From NCBI GenBank assembly GCA_048938105.1, contig JBHLMN010000034.1, positions 1-22,946 of the forward strand: a stretch of 22,946 nucleotides of DNA, in the 5' to 3' direction. Shown here one piece after another: positions 16,897-22,946 of this stretch; position 1 is the stretch's first letter; every line of letters begins with the position of its first letter. A program made the position numbers and the translations under genes. The notes under the pieces were generated by a model. The model was not told the origin of the DNA. It ran no database searches and was given only the letters and a program-made list of their open reading frames with translations. This stretch comes from Promethearchaeota archaeon (lineage in GTDB: Archaea; Asgardarchaeota; Heimdallarchaeia; Hodarchaeales; Hodarchaeaceae).

Positions 16897-17985
16897 CTAT
16901 TGATCCCCCACATCTGATCGATCTTCCGTAAAAAGTGGTGGTTCTTTTGCTTCGACTCCTTGTTTTAATAATGTTTGTTCATTATGGAGTGAATCTTTAT
17001 CTCCCAATTCAGTCCCTTTATGAAAACACCACAATGCATAACTCTTGTATTCAGGAACATCATCCTCTAATACTGCTTCTTCAAGGTATTTTTTATAATA
17101 CACATTTCCGAGATTAAACCACGCTTTGAAATATTTAGGATCAACGGTTAGAGCTCTTTGAAAATTAGTAATTGCTGTATCTAAGTCACCGATCTTGTAA
17201 TAAACGCTGCCCAAATCTGACCAAGCTGATGCTTCATCTGGAGCTAGTTCTAATCCTTTCGAGTATGACGTGATCGCGTTAATCAAATCGTTCTCTAACC
17301 CCCTTTCATAATATAGATTACCTAGAGCGAACCATAGTCTAGGATGTTCTAGAAGGGTCTCTACAGCTCTTTCATAAGTTGAAATAGCTTTGTTTATTTC
17401 TCCTAGCTCGCGCCAAACAACCCCCAGGTTTATCCAAGCCTTTGAATGATGCGGATCACTTTCTAAAGCTTTCTCATAGTATTCTATGGCTTCATTGAAC
17501 TTACCACGATTATAATATAAGAGGCCCAGATTATATTGTACAGAAGTATAATTTGGATTCAGCTGGAGGGCTTTTTGATAGGTTTCTATTGCTTTATCTG
17601 CGTCTACATTCTCATAAAGTCTAGCTAAGTTATACCAACTTGGTGCATAATCAGGTTTTATTTCAATTGCTTTTGCAAATGCTTCCTTAGCTTTTTTTAT
17701 CTCCCCGAGTTCTAAGAACACGATGCCTAGATTCGACCAAATTGATGCAGCTTGAGGATTAATCTTTAATGAATTAGTATAGTACTTAATGGCTTTTTCC
17801 CATTCTTTTTGTACATAATAAGAGTTACCTAACCCAAAATGTGCAGCAGCATTATTGGGATCAATAGTTAGAGCACGTAGAAAGTTTTCAATGGCTTTGC
17901 TAATATCTCCTTTCCGATAATTGATAGTTCCTTGATTTATACACTTCTCCACTGTAGTAGGTTCAGCCATTGGCTCTTTCGTCAT
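16897..17985 (-). CDS. Tetratricopeptide-repeat protein (~9 TPRs)
   Basis: Repeating ~34-aa units (AHFGLG, IWSNLG, SWYNLA, VQYNLG, AWINLG, LWFALG, AWSDLG, AWFNLG ... A...Y.KAL..DP). Ends in a SEL1-like helix pair (ALWCFHKGTELGDKDS). Confidence 0.95.
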   Translation of the reverse strand: MTKEPMAEPTTVEKCINQGTINYRKGDISKAIENFLRALTIDPNNAAAHFGLGNSYYVQKEWEKAIKYYTNSLKINPQAASIWSNLGIVFLELGEIKKAKEAFAKAIEIKPDYAPSWYNLARLYENVDADKAIETYQKALQLNPNYTSVQYNLGLLYYNRGKFNEAIEYYEKALESDPHHSKAWINLGVVWRELGEINKAISTYERAVETLLEHPRLWFALGNLYYERGLENDLINAITSYSKGLELAPDEASAWSDLGSVYYKIGDLDTAITNFQRALTVDPKYFKAWFNLGNVYYKKYLEEAVLEDDVPEYKSYALWCFHKGTELGDKDSLHNEQTLLKQGVEAKEPPLFTEDRSDVGDQ

Positions 17986-18230
17986 ATTAAAAACTCCTGA
18001 TAAATTTTCGTTACCTTCACTTTTTGTTTCAGGTGTATACTTATAATTCTAAAGGCGTAAGTAAAATGCTTAAAGAATATCTTACTCATAAATGCTGTAT
18101 CCTGCTATTTGCCTTTTCAGCTTTCTATTGATACTTCGATTACTAGTACAAAGTTATTTTAGGTTGTTCCTTCATGATCATTGATAATAAAGTGGTTATA
18201 ATTCAAAAGAGGAATTAAATATCGTTAAGA

Positions 18231-20894
18231 TTGAAAAGATTACAACCTTCATTAACTGGTGAATTAATGCCAGGTCCTATTCAACTTCAGAATCGAAGTT
18301 ATTATTGGGAGGCAATTAAGCAACATCGCCGTACAGTCGCTCTAATTGTGGTATCAATGATTACATTACCTCTTTTCGCATTCACATCATTACCCCCCAT
18401 CGAGGTTACTGAAGAAATTCCACACAACATAGTAAAAGAGATTCCAATTCCAGTTGAAATCCCTGTTAATGTTTCAGTGGAGATACCGATAGAAACTAAT
18501 CAAACTATTCAAGTAGAGGAAAATATCACGGAATTAGTAGTAGTTAATGAAACGATTGGAGTTAATATCACTGAGGGTGGTAGTATTTTTCTTGAACCAC
18601 AACCTGCTCCTCCTCTTATAGGTATGGATGCGGTTCTCTGCATTGACCTTTCTGGTAGTATGGATCAAGCTAGAATGGATATGACTAAAGCTGCGATTCA
18701 TAATTTTTTAAATGTCCTTGAACGCTCAGAAAATATTACTCAAGATCGGGTTGCATTAGTGACCTATTATGGCTCACGAGATTCAGATTGGTATAATGAC
18801 TCTACTGTTGAAGTTGGATTGGATTTCATTGATGATAGTGCTCATCTAGAAGCTCTTCGTAATAAAACGGATGAGCTTCAAGCAAAAACTAGTTTTAACG
18901 ATTATTGGACAGACATCTGGGCAGGCCTGAATTACTCCTTAGATATACTCCTTGATAATCCAAGGGTTACTCCATCCTTGAAATTTATTTTACTTCTTAC
19001 AGATGGTGAGCATAATACTGGGCCATGGGGAGTTGATGTATATGATAATAATAATTATACTGGCTTTTTAAAACTTCAACCAATCGATTCACCAAACTAT
19101 TACACAGCTAGAGAATATGGTCCAAATTCTCCCAATCCAATTCTGCAAGCTAGAGCCAATGATGTGAAAATCTATTCAATTGGAATGTTAACTAATCCTT
19201 CTGCGGAAGAATTATTACTGCAAATTTCAGAAAATCCAGAGAATGGAACAGGTGGTAAATATTTTGATGGGGATGATACTTTTAATCTTACAGAAGCGTT
19301 TATAAGAGCAAGAGATGAAGCTTCTGGCTGGACTGCAGTTAAAATAAATTATACTACCATCGTGGGAAATGGTCATCATCATTTATTCTCATTTAATGTT
19401 ACTAAGGATATTAGAAGACTTAAATGGGATTTAAATTGGAATGATTCTACAGTTGATTTTAATTTAACTGTTATTGATCCTAATGGGACTGTGATTGATA
19501 TTACTTCCAATATCAGTGAAAATATTATACCTATTACGCTTCAACAACCAAAAACTATTATTCTAGACTTCCCCATGATTGGAATTTGGCATTTTAACAT
19601 ATCTTGGATTAATATCCCAAGCCCTGGAGAACTTATCAAGGGGCGACTATCGTCTTATAATCCCCCTATTTTTATTGAATCTATCACACAGTTTAATTCA
19701 ACGACTTTCAATGAATCTAAAGATCCGTCTCCCTTAAGTTCTACTATTTCATACGATTTTACATTTGAGGGCGATACACAACCATTTCCAAGTTATATCT
19801 CGTTCAAATTGGCTGATTTAAAAGAAAATGGTATTTTTAGTAATCAATCGGTTTTTTTCACGGTAAATGTAACCAATAAAAATCCACTCTATACTTATCA
19901 TAATATTACCCCTTATGTAATTGCTAACTTCACCGATTTCAATGTGAGTAGTAGTTGGAATCCTCCTATTGTTGAGAACATAACCACCAACGAAACAATT
20001 TCATTTCTCTTCAATCTCACCTTTCTTGAACCTACACTTCTTCAAGGCACTATTTATTTCAAGGTCAACTGTTCTGAGGGTTACTATGATGCTGTTGCTC
20101 AAGATGTCTCTCTAGATTATCGTGTAACAACACAAAATGTCACTATTGAGACCAAATTTGTAAATCAAACGGTTACTGTTGTGCAAAATGAAACTATTAT
20201 TACGACAATTATTTCTAGTGGTTATGAGACTAGAATTCAAACTACTAGTGTTCTAGGGACAACTAATGTTTTGAAATACACTTATGATCGTCAAGTATTT
20301 GATACACTCAAGTGGATAGGATTCTTCATCACCCTTGCTCTTTTAATGTCTTTTCTAGGGGTCTATATTATGTCCCAAGCATATCATCTAAAAAATCTTG
20401 CTGATAAATTCCGGGGTCGCTTTTTTACTGATCAATTGGCTTTAGAAATGGCTTTGCAACGGGAAGGGATTACGCTGGCTCCTGCAGACCTTAGTTCTGT
20501 CATGACTGAAGCTGATGATTTGGATCGACTTGGCCAAAGTATATATGATCTGACGGGAAAACAATTATCTCCAGAAGACTTAATCAGAATAGCTTCGGGA
20601 ACCAATATTGAAAAAATTGCTGGAAGAATAAGCTATATTACTGGTATGTCTGTAGATGAAATTATCACTCATTTGAGAGATGCTCCAAGCATCAATGCAT
20701 TAATGGAACAATTTCAACTAGATAGTGATCGTTTTCTAGATATAATCGCTCGTGATGAAGACGTATTAAACTTTCAAAAGAGAATTTCGAATTTAATATC
20801 ACCTGTACGACGAGAGGTATCTGGAATCCGAATTTACGATGATTTTAACATTGAGCGATTTAGATCTCGTCTAAGAGAAGAATTTCGTTCTTGA
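18231..20894 (+). CDS. Membrane-anchored von Willebrand factor A (vWA) domain surface glycoprotein with two TM helices and a cytoplasmic tail
   Basis: MIDAS DLSGS ... TDI..GL ... LLTDG, IYSIG, GGKYF. TM at ~aa36-51 and ~aa695-715. Roughly 30 N-x-S/T sequons lie between the TMs and none after the second. Confidence 0.88.
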   Translation: MKRLQPSLTGELMPGPIQLQNRSYYWEAIKQHRRTVALIVVSMITLPLFAFTSLPPIEVTEEIPHNIVKEIPIPVEIPVNVSVEIPIETNQTIQVEENITELVVVNETIGVNITEGGSIFLEPQPAPPLIGMDAVLCIDLSGSMDQARMDMTKAAIHNFLNVLERSENITQDRVALVTYYGSRDSDWYNDSTVEVGLDFIDDSAHLEALRNKTDELQAKTSFNDYWTDIWAGLNYSLDILLDNPRVTPSLKFILLLTDGEHNTGPWGVDVYDNNNYTGFLKLQPIDSPNYYTAREYGPNSPNPILQARANDVKIYSIGMLTNPSAEELLLQISENPENGTGGKYFDGDDTFNLTEAFIRARDEASGWTAVKINYTTIVGNGHHHLFSFNVTKDIRRLKWDLNWNDSTVDFNLTVIDPNGTVIDITSNISENIIPITLQQPKTIILDFPMIGIWHFNISWINIPSPGELIKGRLSSYNPPIFIESITQFNSTTFNESKDPSPLSSTISYDFTFEGDTQPFPSYISFKLADLKENGIFSNQSVFFTVNVTNKNPLYTYHNITPYVIANFTDFNVSSSWNPPIVENITTNETISFLFNLTFLEPTLLQGTIYFKVNCSEGYYDAVAQDVSLDYRVTTQNVTIETKFVNQTVTVVQNETIITTIISSGYETRIQTTSVLGTTNVLKYTYDRQVFDTLKWIGFFITLALLMSFLGVYIMSQAYHLKNLADKFRGRFFTDQLALEMALQREGITLAPADLSSVMTEADDLDRLGQSIYDLTGKQLSPEDLIRIASGTNIEKIAGRISYITGMSVDEIITHLRDAPSINALMEQFQLDSDRFLDIIARDEDVLNFQKRISNLISPVRREVSGIRIYDDFNIERFRSRLREEFRS

Positions 20895-20958
20895 TAACGA
20901 AATACAAAGTTATTTGAAAAATAAAACAGAAGGATTTCTTCATTGTACTATTTCTATT

Positions 20959-21888
20959 TTAAAAACTATAAATTCTATCTTTTAGATATTCTTGTTGACT
21001 TTCGGTAACCTGCCGAATTGTATCTGACTCTTTAAGATCATCAACTATTACTTCAGCAGTAGATTGGAAATCTCTTGCACATTTCATTTCGCTGAATAGA
21101 GAATCGATTGTAGGAATTTGATACTGGCTGGTCACCTTGAAAAATTGTTTATCTTCACTAATCTTCCCATATACTTTTAATGAGAATTCTTCAGTGACTC
21201 TCTCAAGCCATTTACTTGAAAGAACTTTTTCTGATATTTGGTTGAATATGACTCCATTTAAAGCTAATTTAGGAGTAGCTATCATATTATATTCTGATAC
21301 AAATGATAAAAGGTTCTCGATCTCCTTTGATATTTCTTGGTATTTTGTTTTTTTGCAATCAACAACTCCAATAATAATGTTTGAATTTAATAATGCTGGA
21401 ATAATTAAATAATTTCTTTCTATAGACTCAATTACTGGTAAATCAAAAAAAATATAACTGGCGCCTGCTTTTTCTATTGTCTGAGAAATTTCCCAAATTA
21501 TTTTAGTAAGTTCGAAAGTCTCTGTTTTAGATAAAGAGCTAGTCATCCCACGCGGGAAGAGAGGAATCATGAAAAAAAGAGGCTCATTTGTACTTTTATG
21601 AACAAACTTGGAAGGAAAGCTACATTTTGACCAATCTGGCTTGGTAGAAGATTTCATTTCCTCGATCAACGAGGTCATTTCCCCCATTCTCATCAAAATC
21701 TTATCAGAAGCAAAAAATAACAAAGTCGAATACATATTTGAAAAATCAAATATACAAGCCACAGGGAAATCAGGGGGCTTTTCCTGCTCTTCTTTAATCC
21801 ATTTTTTAACGATTTCATAACTAATTGAAGCCATAACAGGAGTTTGAGTAGCAGTTGTGCCAGTTGAAATGAATGACACTCTGAACAT
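20959..21888 (-). CDS. MinD/ParA (SIMIBI)-fold protein with a degenerate P-loop
   Basis: MinD-like motif order: N-terminal strand plus loop (VSFISTGTTATQT), ACIFDF, YIFFDLP, ALLNSNIIIGVV, LNGVIFNQ, VYGKISED, C-terminal CARDFQ..AE. Has no GK[T/S]. Confidence 0.6.
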   Translation of the reverse strand: MFRVSFISTGTTATQTPVMASISYEIVKKWIKEEQEKPPDFPVACIFDFSNMYSTLLFFASDKILMRMGEMTSLIEEMKSSTKPDWSKCSFPSKFVHKSTNEPLFFMIPLFPRGMTSSLSKTETFELTKIIWEISQTIEKAGASYIFFDLPVIESIERNYLIIPALLNSNIIIGVVDCKKTKYQEISKEIENLLSFVSEYNMIATPKLALNGVIFNQISEKVLSSKWLERVTEEFSLKVYGKISEDKQFFKVTSQYQIPTIDSLFSEMKCARDFQSTAEVIVDDLKESDTIRQVTESQQEYLKDRIYSF

Positions 21889-22159
21889 TTTCTTTAATTC
21901 CTAATAGTCAATATAACAGTCTTCTAGAAGTTGTCGTTCCATTAAAGAAATGAACAATTATTAAAATATTATCTTAATCTGTTAACAAATTCATAGTTAT
22001 ATATCTCTCCAATATATTTCAAAACTTTCTAAAATCACTTCATATTTTGAACAGACAAGAGCCGAAGGATGTACGGTATTTCTAACCTATTATCCATTTC
22101 CACGATCCAGAGGCAGCAGGGGCTACTAACAGTGAGATGGATATCCTTCTTTCAAATAA

Positions 22160-22397
22160 CTAACAGGTTCAGAGAGAGATGTGTTGAAACAAGACCAACC
22201 AAAATATATCCCATTCCCAGGAACTATGGAAGGGGTCGAGAAAATGGTGGTGAGTACCCATAGAAAGTATGTGACGATGGATAACGTACACTGGGAGTAC
22301 GGGGATAACGCGAGACCAACCAAGATTGATATCTTCAGGGATACCTTAGTGCAACCTGATGTGCACTATTACGAATACATGGAGGCGTTTGATCGGA
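22160..22397 (+). pseudogene. Internal fragment of an unidentified gene (possibly a radical SAM enzyme C-terminal part), cut off by repeat copy 2
   Basis: Open frame ...KYIPFPGTMEGVEKMVV...YYEYMEAFDR, visibly more GC-rich than its flanks. PFPGT resembles the late motif of B12/radical-SAM proteins. There are upstream in-frame stops, and the frame runs out of phase into the thiolase remnant. Confidence 0.35.
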
Positions 22398-22532
22398 GTG
22401 GGTCGTACTGGGGCACGAATAGTAGTAACATTACTCCACAAAATGCTTAAACGTCAGAACGTCCTAGGACTTATTACTCTATGTAGTGGTGGTGGATTGG
22501 GTATGTCATTCTTGGTCACTCGTGATGTGTGA
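22398..22532 (+). pseudogene. Thiolase C-terminal remnant (44 codons + stop)
   Basis: VGRTGARIVVTLLHKMLKRQNVLGLITLCSGGGLGMSFLVTRDV* versus the intact VGCTGARIVVTLLHEMIKRQNSLGLSTLCGGGGLGMSLLVTRDV*. It begins right after the GHP motif, and the rest of the gene is absent. Confidence 0.92.
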
Positions 22533-22707
22533 GAATCCTTCATCTATTATTCAGCAAAGTCCTTTTTAGGATCAATGAAAGTAAAAGAAGGATCTAAAAA
22601 TCTATCCAAGGTTAAATGTAGCCTTTTTCTTGTTTTTTTCTTTCTTTTGGGTTTAGATACAATTTGAAGTTTGCGCGATAATACTCGCTTTGAATCAAAA
22701 CGGATTT
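22398..22707. repeat. Diverged direct repeat, copy 2; partner 16348-16654
   Basis: Direct alignment to copy 1, with one 3-nt indel. Confidence 0.97.
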
Positions 22708-22873
22708 TAAAGCATGCTTTATCTGGAGAACAGCAGCCAACAAAACGTAACCTTTTCCCCGGTTCATGAATCAACCCTCCCTTTCCTGGTTCTCGACAGG
22801 TGCATAGAAAGTATTTTTCTTTCTTCTGAGGATTTTTGGAATGAAGTTGTCTGAAAAACGAATCCCAATACAT
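22547..22873 (-). CDS. Small basic Cys-rich protein of unknown function
   Basis: 108-aa ORF with CxC...CC....C and a Lys/Arg tract. Coding status is supported by the many synonymous differences and the frame-preserving indel relative to the remnant at 16494-16652. Confidence 0.75.
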   Translation of the reverse strand: MYWDSFFRQLHSKNPQKKEKYFLCTCREPGKGGLIHEPGKRLRFVGCCSPDKACFKIRFDSKRVLSRKLQIVSKPKRKKKTRKRLHLTLDRFLDPSFTFIDPKKDFAE

Positions 22874-22946
22874 AAGAAGGACTCACACTTCTTTGTTAAA
22901 TTAAATATATTCTTCTAGTTACAACATCTCCGACTTTATTAATATT

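Noticed and set aside
764-21820. Short ORFs overlapping or antisense to the main genes (764-1000, 1003-1233, 1899-2192, 3447-3782, 3521-3853, 4746-5027, 6383-6628, 7505-7690, 8721-8945, 9494-9700, 11686-11868, 11865-12104, 13932-14162, 15621-16001, 16935-17117, 21137-21412, 21608-21820)
   Set aside because: They are shadow frames of well-supported genes and have no recognisable motifs.
22069-22450. ORFs 22069-22263, 22126-22323 and 22181-22450 as complete genes; also a 57-aa ATG frame at 22359 that reads into the thiolase remnant
   Set aside because: They overlap one another in a junction region. 22181-22450 is chimeric, with its tail an out-of-frame reading of the thiolase copy, so the region was treated as fragments.
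16348-22707. Repeat as attL/attR of a provirus, an IS target duplication, or a DGR template/variable repeat pair
   Set aside because: No integrase, transposase, viral gene or reverse transcriptase is in the window. The repeat is too long and diverged for a target-site duplication, and the mismatches are not adenine-specific.

Overview
AT-rich, gene-dense archaeal window, most likely from an Asgard (Heimdallarchaeia-like) genome. That placement is inferred from the short archaeal-type PurA, archaeal AMP-phosphorylase homologues, a stand-alone roadblock/LC7 protein and a heavily N-glycosylated surface protein. The left part holds a URO-D/MtaA-family protein with a thioredoxin tail coupled to a COG0523 GTPase, a PIG-L deacetylase, and a loose purine/nucleotide neighbourhood: purA, purB, a purine PRTase, a DMT transporter, a DUF2877/AllH-like protein, a HAD hydrolase, two tandem AMP-phosphorylase paralogues and a double-SIS (PHI-like) protein. 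The right part holds a roadblock protein, a membrane protein and a thiolase, then a ~5.7-kb block (TPR protein, two-TM vWA surface protein, P-loop-dead MinD-like protein, a gene fragment). That block is bracketed by a diverged ~310-bp direct repeat made of the thiolase 3' end plus the 3' end of a small basic Cys-rich gene. The two most notable signals are (1) complementary loss of catalytic versus AMP-binding residues in the two AMP-phosphorylase paralogues, next to a degenerate tandem-SIS protein, and (2) the reciprocally truncated repeat flanking the TPR/vWA/pseudo-MinD block. No rRNA, tRNA, CRISPR array, transposase or integrase was seen.
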